From Bacillota bacterium (GTDB taxonomy: Bacteria; Bacillota; Sulfobacillia; JAJZYS01; JAILZS01): 64,000 bases of DNA. The first letter of the stretch is position 1. The number at the start of each line of letters is the position of its first letter. Location of the stretch: the NCBI GenBank assembly GCA_023512375.1, contig JAILZS010000003.1, positions 27,260-91,259 on the forward strand, in the 5' to 3' direction. Made by a program: the position numbers and the translations under genes. This document shows, piece by piece, positions 36,288 through 45,379 of the stretch. Under the pieces are notes generated by a model. That model had not been told where the DNA came from. It saw nothing but the letters and a program-made list of their open reading frames with translations, and ran no database searches.

Positions 36288-37212
36288 GGCGGACCACCGC
36301 CCCTCGCGTGTTGAGCGTGGCGTTGAGCGCCTCGAGCAGAAGGTTGAACCCGACTGTGGCAAGGCAGATAGCGATCGTGGGGAAGATCACCAACCAGGGA
36401 GCGATGTTCAGGTACGAGAGCCCTTCGGCGATCATCTTCCCCCAGCTCGGGATGGGCGTCGGCACACCGATGCCCAGGAAACTGAGCGTGCTCTCGTAGA
36501 TGATGTTGACCGGGATGGACATACCGGCCACGACGACGATCGGGGCGATGGCGTTGGGCACCAGGTGGCGCCAGATGATGCGCGAGGGGCGGGCGCCCAG
36601 GGAGCGGGCCACCTCCACGAAGGGCTGTTCGCGCAGGCTGAGCACCTGGCCGCGCGTGAAGCGGGCGTTCGTCGGCCAGCCCAGTAGGCCGATGGTCAGG
36701 TAGATGACCGGCACGCTGGGAGAGAGCACGGAGGCCACCAGGATGAGGAAGAACAGGGCCGGGAAGGCGAACATGACGTCCGTCACCCGCATGATGAGGC
36801 TGTCCACCCAGCCCCCGAAGTAGCCTGCGGCGACGCCCAGGGTGATTCCGATGGCGGCGCTGATGGCGCTGCCCAGCACGCCCACCTGGAGCGAGACGCG
36901 CGCGGCCCAGATGAGGCGGCTGAACTCGTCCCGCCCCAATTGGTCGGTGCCGAGGAAGAAGCCGTGGAGCGACCACTGGGGCGGAAGCGGCGCGTCGGTG
37001 GCGGACAGGCCCGTGATCGGATACATCTCCCAATACGGGTGGGTCATGAGGGCGGGAGCGAACACCGCCGCCGCCACCATGAGGCCCACGATGACCAGGC
37101 CTGGCGGCGCGAGGGGATGGGAGAGGAAGCGGCGCCACAGGGAGGGGCGAAGACCTTCGCGGGCCTCCACCTCCGTCGCCACGCCCGGCTCCGGGCGGAC
37201 GGCTGCGCTCAT
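36280..37212 (-). CDS. ABC transporter permease (DppC/OppC-like)
   Basis: N-terminal [11 protein letters not shown] motif typical of DppC. ATG 37212 abuts the S9 peptidase stop. Confidence 0.8.
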   Translation of the reverse strand: MSAAVRPEPGVATEVEAREGLRPSLWRRFLSHPLAPPGLVIVGLMVAAAVFAPALMTHPYWEMYPITGLSATDAPLPPQWSLHGFFLGTDQLGRDEFSRLIWAARVSLQVGVLGSAISAAIGITLGVAAGYFGGWVDSLIMRVTDVMFAFPALFFLILVASVLSPSVPVIYLTIGLLGWPTNARFTRGQVLSLREQPFVEVARSLGARPSRIIWRHLVPNAIAPIVVVAGMSIPVNIIYESTLSFLGIGVPTPIPSWGKMIAEGLSYLNIAPWLVIFPTIAICLATVGFNLLLEALNATLNTRGAVVRRG

Positions 37213-39149
37213 GTTGTGGCGCCCCCGCGCAGGTGGCGGTCGAACCAAGCGAGGATGCGGCGGTGGGCATCCACCATCGTGCCCAGGCGTCCGGCGCGTA
37301 GGAAGCTATGGTGTTCACCCGGGTAACGCACGAACTCCACCGTCTTTCCCTGCCAGCGAAGGCCGACGAACAAGATTTCGGCCTCGATCAGGGGGCAGGT
37401 CATGTCCTCCTCGCCGTGAAGGATGAGGAGCGGCGCCTCCATGTCCGGCAGGTACCTGGCCGGCGAGTGGTCGCGATAGTAGTCCGGGATCTCCCACGGA
37501 CGGCCGCCCATGTCGGTGGCGATCGACTCCCAGTGGTCGATGCCGTAGGCAGAGGTGAAGAGGCTGGCCACCGTGGAGATCGTCACCCCGGCCCGCACCT
37601 TCCCCGCATACCGCCCAAGCATCCAGTTGGTCATGAACCCGCCGTAGCTGATGCCGTAGACGCCAACGGCATCGGGGCGCGCCCATCCCTGCCGGCACAG
37701 GTGGTCGATGAGGCGCGCCCCGTCCTCCCCCTCCTTGGGTCCCCAATCGGCATGCACGAGGTCGGCGAAGGCCTGGCCGTAACCGGCGCTGCCGCGATAG
37801 TTGAGGTTGGCGACCAGGTAGCCCGCACCCGCCAACATCTGGTCGAGGGGGTTGAAGTACGGTCCGAAGGCGCCATGCGGGCCGCCATGGAACTGGACCA
37901 AGGCCGGCCCCCCACCCCGGGGCGGCTCATGGCGCGGGCGCCACAGCACCGCCTCCACCGGGCCGTGCGGGCTGTCGAGCACGATCGTCTCGGGCGGACG
38001 CGCCAGGGAGCGGCCCGACAGCCATGGGTTGAGGTCGGTGATCGCCCGCACTCCGCCGTCGGGTAGGCTGAGGAGCGCCACTTCCGGCGGTCGGTCCGGC
38101 CCGTAGACGAGGGCGGCTCCTCGATTCCGCGATGCGTCCAGGCTCGGCCAGCCGACATGGCGCGCGACCGGCCGGGTGCCCGATCCGTCGCACGCCGTCG
38201 CCTCCAGGACCCGCACACCCCGGTCGTTGGCCAGCCACAGGACGCTCTGCCCGTCCGCCGCATAGGCGGGCGGGCCGCCGCCCACGATGGGCGGCTCGTA
38301 CACGTCCGCCGCCCCCCGGTCCAGGGAGTGGCTCAGGCACCGGGCGGGGGCCGAACCATCGGCTGGCGCCTCGAACAGGTGGTAGTCGGACGTGGTCCCC
38401 GTCCACGGCCGGTGGTTGTGGAGGAAGGCCACCCGGGTTCCGTCCGGTGACCAGGCGGGGTAGAGGGCGACGCCGTCGGAAGCGGTGAGGCGCGTCCAGC
38501 GGTCGAGGGGGATGTCGACGACGTAGACGTCCCACACCCACTCCAGGTCCCAGTCGGTCCGCCGCGTGGTGACCAGGGCGAGCCGGCGCCCGTCCGGCGC
38601 CCAGGCAGGCGAAAAGTGATGGAACTCGGCGTCGCCGAGGGCGCGGGCAGTGCCGTCGGACGCGTCGACCACCACCACCCGCCAGCGCCTGTCGCCGATG
38701 AACGCCCGGCCGTTCACGTTGTAACGCAGCCGGCGTACCACCCGCGGGGCGAGGGGGTCGGGGGCAGGATCGAGCACCTCCAAGGCGATGTGCCGACCGT
38801 CGGGCGACCACACCGGCTGGCGCGGTTCGCCCGCAAAGTCTGCCAAGCGCAACGCCTCGCCGCCTCGCATGTCGAGGACGTAGAGCCCGAAGGCGCCCCC
38901 GCGCCGGGAAACGAAGGCGACCCGCACCCCATCGGGCGACCAGGCAGGGTCCTCGCTCGCCCCGTCGTGGGTGAGCCATCGGCCCTCGCCCGAGGCCGAC
39001 ACCCAAACCAAATCGGTGGCGCGCTCGCCCCCGTCGAAGTGGGTGAGGGTGTAGACGGCGGCGTCTCCCTGGGGGCGCAGGGCGGGCCGCCCCGCGCCTG
39101 CGAGGCGTGCGAGGTCCTCGGGGCGAAGCGGCTCGGGTATGGCGGACAC
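37209..39149 (-). CDS. S9 family peptidase (prolyl oligopeptidase / acylaminoacyl-peptidase type; beta-propeller plus alpha/beta hydrolase)
   Basis: Repeated WSPDG propeller motifs, GxSxGG nucleophile elbow (GISYGGFM), and a C-terminal Asp/His catalytic region. Confidence 0.8.
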   Translation of the reverse strand: MSAIPEPLRPEDLARLAGAGRPALRPQGDAAVYTLTHFDGGERATDLVWVSASGEGRWLTHDGASEDPAWSPDGVRVAFVSRRGGAFGLYVLDMRGGEALRLADFAGEPRQPVWSPDGRHIALEVLDPAPDPLAPRVVRRLRYNVNGRAFIGDRRWRVVVVDASDGTARALGDAEFHHFSPAWAPDGRRLALVTTRRTDWDLEWVWDVYVVDIPLDRWTRLTASDGVALYPAWSPDGTRVAFLHNHRPWTGTTSDYHLFEAPADGSAPARCLSHSLDRGAADVYEPPIVGGGPPAYAADGQSVLWLANDRGVRVLEATACDGSGTRPVARHVGWPSLDASRNRGAALVYGPDRPPEVALLSLPDGGVRAITDLNPWLSGRSLARPPETIVLDSPHGPVEAVLWRPRHEPPRGGGPALVQFHGGPHGAFGPYFNPLDQMLAGAGYLVANLNYRGSAGYGQAFADLVHADWGPKEGEDGARLIDHLCRQGWARPDAVGVYGISYGGFMTNWMLGRYAGKVRAGVTISTVASLFTSAYGIDHWESIATDMGGRPWEIPDYYRDHSPARYLPDMEAPLLILHGEEDMTCPLIEAEILFVGLRWQGKTVEFVRYPGEHHSFLRAGRLGTMVDAHRRILAWFDRHLRGGATT

Positions 39150-39302
39150 AGCTCTCCCCCCCGGTGGGCTGACGGGCGCGGCAGTCTTGTCGCCAGCGGA
39201 GCAAATTGTTAGACCTTATACCGTTAGGACCAACGTAGAGGCGGGCCGCCCCTCCTGTCAAGGGCGTCTCGACGCGGGTGGTGCGGGAGGTACGCGACTG
39301 CG

Positions 39303-41246
39303 GTGGAACCGGTGACCGGACGGCAAGTGCGCCTCGCCGCAGGCTTTTGGCAGACGTGGCTCGACCGCCTGCGGCGGGACATCCTCCCCCACCAGTGGCG
39401 AGCGCTACAGGACGCCGTACCCGGCGCGCCCCCCAGCTATGCCTTGCGCAACCTGCGCCTGGCCGCCTGCGGTGAAGGGGGAGAGCCGCGTGGTCGGCCG
39501 TTTCAGGACAGCGACGTGGCCAAGTGGCTGGAAGCGGCATCCTACGTCCTCCAGCGCGAAGAGGCACCCGACCTGGCGGCGCACGCGGCGGAGGTAGTGG
39601 ATCTGGCGGCTCGCGCCCAGTGGCCGGACGGCTACCTGAATTCCCGTTTCACCCTCGACCGCTCCCGTCCGCGCTGGCGCAACGTGCGCGACGACCACGA
39701 GCTGTACGTGGCGGGTCATTGGCTCGAGGGGCTCGTCGCCTACCACCGCGCCACCGGCGACGCCCGAGCCCTTGACGTAGCGGTGCGTTTGGGCGACCAC
39801 CTCGACCGCACCTTCGGGCCAGGCCCCGGCAAGATCCGCGGCTATCCCGGCCATCCCGAGGTCGAGATCGCCCTGGTCAAGCTGTGGCGGGCGACCGGCG
39901 AGGGGCGCTACCTCGACCTGGCGCGGTTCTTCGTCTACGAGCGCGGGCGGCAGCCCGCCTTCTTCGCCCTCGAGGCGCAGAGCCGAGGGGACGAACGGCC
40001 CTACGACCCGCGCTACTTTCTCAGCCACCGCCCGCTCCTCGAACAGGAACACGCCACCGGTCACGCCGTACGGGCCATGTATCTCTACGCCGGTGCGGCG
40101 GACGTGGCCGCGACCGGACCCGACCCCGCGCTGGTGGAGCGGCTGCGAGCGCTGTGGCGGGACGTGACCGAGCGCCAGATGTACCTCACCGGCGGCGTCG
40201 GCCAGGAAGGTCACCGGGAGGCGTTCACCGTTCCCTACGACCTGCCCGGTGACCGCGCCTACGCCGAGACCTGCGCCGCCGTGGGGCTCGTGCTCTGGGC
40301 CCAGCGCATGCTCCGCCTCGAGGCCGATGGGCGCTACGCGGACACGGCCGAGCGAGCGTTGTACAACGGTGCCCTGGCCGGCGTGTCGGCCGACGGCCGG
40401 GCCTACTTCTACGTGAACCCCCTTGAGGTGTGGCCGGCGGCCGCCGTCGCCCGCCACGACCTCGCCGACGTGAGCCTGACTCGCCAGCCCTGGTTCGAGT
40501 GCGCCTGCTGCCCGCCCAACCTGGCCCGCCTCATCGCCTCCGTGCCCGACCTCCTGTACGGCGTCGAGCAGGATGGGGCGACATTGTTCGTGCACCACTA
40601 CGCCGCCTCCGAGGCAGACGTAGAGCTCGCCCCCGCGGGCCGGGTTCGGGTGCGTCAGGAAGGCGATTACCCGTGGTCGGGTAGCATCGCCCTCTCCCTC
40701 TCCCCAGATCGGCCCGGGGAATGGACGCTTGCCCTGCGCCTACCGGGATGGGCGCGCTCCGCCACCGTGGCGGTGAACGGCGTCACAGTGGCGGCGCCGC
40801 TCCCCGTACAAACCGGGTACGTCACCCTGAAGCGGCTATGGCGGCCCGGCGACCAAGTCACACTCGCCCTCCCGATGCCCGTGGAGCGGGTCCGCGCCCA
40901 CCCCTCGGCGCGCGACCTGGCCGGCCGCGTGGCCCTCATGCGCGGGCCCCTCGTGTACGCCTTCGAAGAGGCGGACAACGGCCCCGACCTGGGCGCCCTC
41001 GCGCTGGGCGACGTCGAAGCCTGGCAGGCTTGGCGCGAACCCGCCCTGGCGGGAGGCGCCGTCTGCCTGTCGGGTCGCGGATGGCGGCGCCTGCCGCCCC
41101 CCGAAGGCGCCTTGTACGCCCGCGACCCCATCCCGGCGGCAAGCGTCTCGCTCACAGCCGTTCCGTACTGGGCATGGGGCAACCGCGCCCCCGGCGAGAT
41201 GCGCGTCTGGCTGGTCGACGCCGACCCCTTGGGGCCTTCGACCTAG
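39303..41246 (+). CDS. glycoside hydrolase family 127 (DUF1680) beta-L-arabinofuranosidase-like protein
   Basis: 647 aa. Conserved Glu and Cys-rich zinc/catalytic motif FECACCPPN, as in HypBA1-type GH127 enzymes. GTG start. Confidence 0.75.
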   Translation: MEPVTGRQVRLAAGFWQTWLDRLRRDILPHQWRALQDAVPGAPPSYALRNLRLAACGEGGEPRGRPFQDSDVAKWLEAASYVLQREEAPDLAAHAAEVVDLAARAQWPDGYLNSRFTLDRSRPRWRNVRDDHELYVAGHWLEGLVAYHRATGDARALDVAVRLGDHLDRTFGPGPGKIRGYPGHPEVEIALVKLWRATGEGRYLDLARFFVYERGRQPAFFALEAQSRGDERPYDPRYFLSHRPLLEQEHATGHAVRAMYLYAGAADVAATGPDPALVERLRALWRDVTERQMYLTGGVGQEGHREAFTVPYDLPGDRAYAETCAAVGLVLWAQRMLRLEADGRYADTAERALYNGALAGVSADGRAYFYVNPLEVWPAAAVARHDLADVSLTRQPWFECACCPPNLARLIASVPDLLYGVEQDGATLFVHHYAASEADVELAPAGRVRVRQEGDYPWSGSIALSLSPDRPGEWTLALRLPGWARSATVAVNGVTVAAPLPVQTGYVTLKRLWRPGDQVTLALPMPVERVRAHPSARDLAGRVALMRGPLVYAFEEADNGPDLGALALGDVEAWQAWREPALAGGAVCLSGRGWRRLPPPEGALYARDPIPAASVSLTAVPYWAWGNRAPGEMRVWLVDADPLGPST

Positions 41247-41305
41247 TCATGGCAACAGGAGTCGGCGCTGCGGGCGAGGAACCGCCGACGCGAGGGGGTG
41301 GACGG

Positions 41306-42472
41306 ATGGCGAGCCGCGTCGTGGTGGTGGGGGGCGGTGTGATCGGCGCCGCCTGCACCTACTTCCTCACCGCCGCGGGAGCCGAGGTGACGCTCGTGGA
41401 GGCGCAGGTGGTGGGTGGGGGCACCTCCTCCCGCTGCGACGGCAACGTTCTGGCCATCGACAAGAGCCCGGGCTTCGACAGCCAGCTGGGCCTGCGAAGT
41501 CAAAAGCTCCTGGCCGAGCTCGCCCATGTCCTGGGCGACTTCGAGTACAGGAGCCCGGGAAGCTACCTCGTGTGCGACAACGACGACGAGGTGGAGCCCG
41601 CGCATACGTGGACCGAGGCGCTTCGGGAGTCGGGCCTGCCGGTCGAGTTCCTGGAGCGCGAGGAGGTGCACCGGCGCCTCCCCGACCTGGCGGCGGACGT
41701 GCCCGCCGGCCTGTACTGCGCCTCCGACGCCACCCTCAACCCCCTCCTCTACGTCCAGGGCCTGGTGGCCTGGGCACGGGAGCGGGGGGCTTCGGTGCGC
41801 GATCGAAGCCCGGTCGCCGCTCTGGACGCCAGTGACGGGAGGGTGCGGGGGGTGGTCCTGGCCTCGGGCGAACACCTCGCCGCCGACGCCACGGTGGTGG
41901 CCGCCGGCATCGCCACGCCCGCCCTGGTCGCCCCGCTGGGGATCGAGCTCCCCATCCGCCCCCGCAAGGGGCACCTGATCGTGTCGGCGCGGGGGCGGCG
42001 CTTCGGCGACGCCAAGGTGATGGAGTTCGGCTACCTCATGAGCAAGTTCGGACTCGAGCGCCGCGTCCCGCCCGACGTCGAGCGCTACGGCGTAGCGCTG
42101 GTGTACGAGCCGACGCGGGCGGGCAACTTCCTCCTGGGTTCGAGCCGCGAGTTCGTGGGCGAGGACACGGAGAGCGACCCGGAGGTGGTGCGCACCATCG
42201 CCCGCCGCGCCCTGCGCTTCTACCCGGGCATGCGCGCCGCCACTGTCGTGCGCACCTACGCCGGGCTCAGGCCGTGGACGCCCGACCACCTTCCGGTGGT
42301 GTCGGCGGCGGAGGGCGTGCCCGGCCTGTTCGTGGCAGCGGGACACGAGGGGGACGGCATCAGCCTGGCAGCGGTGACGGGGGAGATCGTGCGCGACCTC
42401 GTCCTGGGGCGCGAGACCGCCCTCGACGTCGCCCCGTTGCGCCTGGGCCGGTTCGGCCTCGGCGCCGCCTGA
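41306..42472 (+). CDS. FAD-dependent oxidoreductase (DAO family; D-hydroxyproline dehydrogenase / opine oxidase beta-subunit-like)
   Basis: VVVVGGGVIGAACTYFL dinucleotide-binding motif and DAO-fold C-terminus (GLRPWTPDHLPVV...GHEGDGI). The real gene is the C-terminal 388 aa of a 583-aa six-frame ORF. Confidence 0.8.
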   Translation: MASRVVVVGGGVIGAACTYFLTAAGAEVTLVEAQVVGGGTSSRCDGNVLAIDKSPGFDSQLGLRSQKLLAELAHVLGDFEYRSPGSYLVCDNDDEVEPAHTWTEALRESGLPVEFLEREEVHRRLPDLAADVPAGLYCASDATLNPLLYVQGLVAWARERGASVRDRSPVAALDASDGRVRGVVLASGEHLAADATVVAAGIATPALVAPLGIELPIRPRKGHLIVSARGRRFGDAKVMEFGYLMSKFGLERRVPPDVERYGVALVYEPTRAGNFLLGSSREFVGEDTESDPEVVRTIARRALRFYPGMRAATVVRTYAGLRPWTPDHLPVVSAAEGVPGLFVAAGHEGDGISLAAVTGEIVRDLVLGRETALDVAPLRLGRFGLGAA

Positions 42473-42499
42473 GGACCGCACGGAAAGGAGCGAACCCGC

Positions 42500-42790
42500 A
42501 TGACCGAGCGAGCCCCTTCGGGCCCCGAGACGACCGTGGTGTGCCGATGCGAAGGCGTCACCCTGGAAGAGCTGGCGCAGGCTTCGTCGCGCTACCGCGT
42601 CGCCTCCCTGCGCCAGCTCAAACTGGTGAGCCGGGCGGGCATGGGGATCTGCCAGGCCCGCGTGTGCGCGCCCGCCCTGGAGGCGCTGGCGCGCGGCTGG
42701 GGACTGGCCGCCGGAAGCGGCGAGCTCCGCACGCGGCCGCCCATCCGGCCGGTGGACCTGGCCACCCTGGCGGGAGGGGAAGAGGGGTGA
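42500..42790 (+). CDS. (2Fe-2S)-binding protein, BFD-like domain (small subunit of heteromeric opine/D-Hyp dehydrogenase)
   Basis: C-R-C-E...C-Q-A-R-V-C four-Cys pattern typical of BFD-like [2Fe-2S] domains. Confidence 0.6.
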   Translation: MTERAPSGPETTVVCRCEGVTLEELAQASSRYRVASLRQLKLVSRAGMGICQARVCAPALEALARGWGLAAGSGELRTRPPIRPVDLATLAGGEEG

Positions 42791-43131
42791 GCCGCATCGT
42801 CCACCCCCCGTCGTACCCGGCCGCTGCCCGCCCGCCCCGCGGCCGGACGGTGCGGTTCTGGTTCGACGACCGAGCGTACGAGGGGGTGGAGGGGGAGCCG
42901 CTCGCGGCCGCCCTGTGGGCGGCGGGGGTGCGCGACCTGGGCCGCACGGAGGCCACGGGGGCGCCGCGCGGTCTGTACTGCGCCATCGGCCACTGCTTCG
43001 AGTGCCGCGTGCGCGTGGGCGACCGGCCGGATCGACGCGCCTGCCTGGAGCCGGTGCGTGAGGGACTGCGCGCCTACCGCCAGGCCCCTCCCCCTCCCCT
43101 CGCCTCCGGCGACAGGGGGGCACCGGCGTGA
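42787..43131 (+). CDS. (2Fe-2S)-binding protein (HcnA / sarcosine-oxidase-alpha N-terminal-like)
   Basis: GLYCAIGHCFECRVRVG...RACLEPV cysteine cluster. GTG overlaps the upstream stop. Confidence 0.55.
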   Translation: MSRIVHPPSYPAAARPPRGRTVRFWFDDRAYEGVEGEPLAAALWAAGVRDLGRTEATGAPRGLYCAIGHCFECRVRVGDRPDRRACLEPVREGLRAYRQAPPPPLASGDRGAPA

Positions 43132-44366
43132 GCGCGGGCGGGGAGGGCGTCCTCGACCTGGCGGTGGTCGGTGCCGGGCCCGCCGGGCTGGCGGCGGCCG
43201 CCGCAGCGGGCGAGCGCGGCCTGGTCACGGCGGTGTTCGACGAATCCCCGGTGGCGGGAGGCCGCCTCCTAGGACAGCTCCATCCCGTCCCAGGCGGGTG
43301 GTGGGTGGGCCGGGCCGAGGCCGCGCGCCTCGTGGCCGCCGTCGAGGACCGGCCCACGGTGTCGTTGCGCCTGGGGGCAGGCGTCTATGCGGCGGCGCGG
43401 GAGGAGGGCGGCTTTCGCCTCCATGCCTCCGTCTCCCCCACCCCGGTGCGGGCGCGCTCGCTTCTCGTGGCCACCGGGGCGACGGAGCTCCCGGTGCCGC
43501 TTCCGGGCTGGAACCTGCCGGGCGTGATCACCGCGGGGGCGGCGCAGACCCTGGCCAACGTGTGGGGCGTGGAGGTGGGTAGGCGCTCTTTCGTGGTGGG
43601 CCTGAGCCCTCTCGCCTTCGCCGTCGCCCTGGAGCTGAGCGCCGCCGGCGTTCCCCCCGCCGCCATCGCCCCCCCCGCTCCGGGACCGGCCCTCGCCCAC
43701 CTCGGCCCCCCCGCGGCGCAGTGGCGAGAGGCCCTACGTCTTGCCCGCCTCGGGCCGGTCTGGGCGCGGCCAGGGGCCGCCCTCCTGGCCTCCCCCGCCC
43801 TGCGCCGTGCCCTCCTTCCCCGGCTGCCGCGCTCCGGCCTCCCCCTGCTGGGCAGCCGCCTGCGCCTCAACGTGGCGGTGGAGGCGGTCGTGGGGCGGGA
43901 GAGCGCCGAAGGGGTGCGCCTCAGGCGCCTGGACGGGGACGGACGGCCGGTGGGACCGGCTTGGCACGAGGCGGCCGACGCCGTCCTGTTGGCCGGCGGC
44001 CTTCGCCCCGTGCCCGACCTGTTGCGCGCGCTGGGCGCCCGCATGGCCACGGTGGAGGAATTGGGGGGCGAGGTGCCGGTCGTCGACCCCGACGGGGCGA
44101 CAACGGTACCGGGGCTGTATGCGGCGGGCAACGCCCTGGGCGTGGAGGGTGCGGCGGTGGCCATGGCGCAGGGTCGGCGCGCCGCCCTCGCCGTGGCTGC
44201 CCGGCTCGGGCGGGCGGACGGGCGAGCGCAGGCCGAGGCGCGGGCGGCGGTGGAACGCGCTCGGGCCGACGCTCCCTTCGCCTTCCACGCCGGCGTGGCC
44301 GAGGGCCATCGGCGCATCGCCGCCCTATGGCAGGAAGGGGGAGGGGGTGACGGGCGTGCGGTTTGA
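43128..44366 (+). CDS. FAD/NAD(P)-binding oxidoreductase (HcnB / opine oxidase alpha-subunit-like)
   Basis: LAVVGAGPAGLAAA and later GAG Rossmann motifs. GTG start overlaps the upstream stop. Confidence 0.65.
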   Translation: MSAGGEGVLDLAVVGAGPAGLAAAAAAGERGLVTAVFDESPVAGGRLLGQLHPVPGGWWVGRAEAARLVAAVEDRPTVSLRLGAGVYAAAREEGGFRLHASVSPTPVRARSLLVATGATELPVPLPGWNLPGVITAGAAQTLANVWGVEVGRRSFVVGLSPLAFAVALELSAAGVPPAAIAPPAPGPALAHLGPPAAQWREALRLARLGPVWARPGAALLASPALRRALLPRLPRSGLPLLGSRLRLNVAVEAVVGRESAEGVRLRRLDGDGRPVGPAWHEAADAVLLAGGLRPVPDLLRALGARMATVEELGGEVPVVDPDGATTVPGLYAAGNALGVEGAAVAMAQGRRAALAVAARLGRADGRAQAEARAAVERARADAPFAFHAGVAEGHRRIAALWQEGGGGDGRAV

Positions 44367-45366
44367 ACGCGTCCTGCGTACGATCGAGACCCACACGGGA
44401 GGCAACCCCACGCGCACCATCGTCTCGGGCATGCCGCGTATCCCGGGCGCCACCATGATGGAGAAGATGGAGTACGTGCGCACCCACCTCGACGGCCTGC
44501 GCCGCCTGCTCATGTTCGAACCCCGCGGGCACGGCGTCATGTCGGGCTGCATCCTCACCGAGCCGGTGACGCCTGGCGCCGACCTAGGCGTCGTCTACAT
44601 CGAGGTGGGCGGCTACCTGCCCATGTGTGGGCACGACACGATCGGCCTCGTCACCGCGCTGGTGGAGAGCGGCCAGGTGGAGGCGGCCGACGGCGCGGCG
44701 GAGGTGGTGCTCGACACCCCCTCGGGCGTGGTGCGCGCCCGCGCCCGGGTGGAGGGCGGGCGCTGCCTCGAGGTGGCGTTCGACAACGTGCCGTCCTTCC
44801 TCTACCGGCGAGACCTCCGGGTGGAGGTGCCCGGCGGCGTGGGCGAGGTGGCGCTCGACGTGGCGTGGGGGGGGAACTTCTACGGCCTGGTGCGGGCGGA
44901 GGACGTGGGGGTGCGCCTCGACCCCGGCGGGGCGCGAAAGGCCATCCGTCTGGCGCGGGCCATCCGCGCCGCCGTAGACCTCAACCACGCCGTCGTCCAC
45001 CCCCTCTTCCCCAACGTGCGCGGGCTCACGCACGTGGAGTTCTACGGCCCCCCGGACCGTCCGGACGCGGACGTGAAGAACATGGTCATCGTCCCCCCGG
45101 GGGGCGTGGACCGCTCGCCCTGCGGGACGGGGACGTGCGCCAAGGCGGCCGTCCTGCACGCGCGGGGGGAGCTCCCGGTGGGGGCGTCGTTCGTGCACGA
45201 GAGCGTGACCGGCGCCACCTTCCGCGCCACGGTCCTGGGGGAGGAACGGGTGGGCGACCTTCCCGCCGTGCGCGTGCGCATCGCCGGCTCGGCCCACGTG
45301 TACGGCGAGTCGACCTTTGTCCTCGAGGAGGACGACGAGCTACCGGCCGGGTTCTTCGTGCCCTAG
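44356..45366 (+). CDS. 4-hydroxyproline 2-epimerase (proline racemase family, two-Cys type)
   Basis: Both catalytic Cys motifs present (YLPMCGHDT and DRSPCGTGT). N-terminus VRFERVLRTIETHTGGNPTR typical of the family. Confidence 0.8.
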   Translation: MRFERVLRTIETHTGGNPTRTIVSGMPRIPGATMMEKMEYVRTHLDGLRRLLMFEPRGHGVMSGCILTEPVTPGADLGVVYIEVGGYLPMCGHDTIGLVTALVESGQVEAADGAAEVVLDTPSGVVRARARVEGGRCLEVAFDNVPSFLYRRDLRVEVPGGVGEVALDVAWGGNFYGLVRAEDVGVRLDPGGARKAIRLARAIRAAVDLNHAVVHPLFPNVRGLTHVEFYGPPDRPDADVKNMVIVPPGGVDRSPCGTGTCAKAAVLHARGELPVGASFVHESVTGATFRATVLGEERVGDLPAVRVRIAGSAHVYGESTFVLEEDDELPAGFFVP

Positions 45367-45379
45367 AGGAGGTGGCGGG

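Noticed and set aside
37927-39567. 546-aa minus-strand ORF
   Set aside because: Alternate frame of the S9 peptidase gene, extending into the intergenic region. Low complexity.
41243-43357. 704-aa antisense ORF
   Set aside because: Antisense to the D-Hyp dehydrogenase subunit genes. Arg/Gly/Pro-rich.
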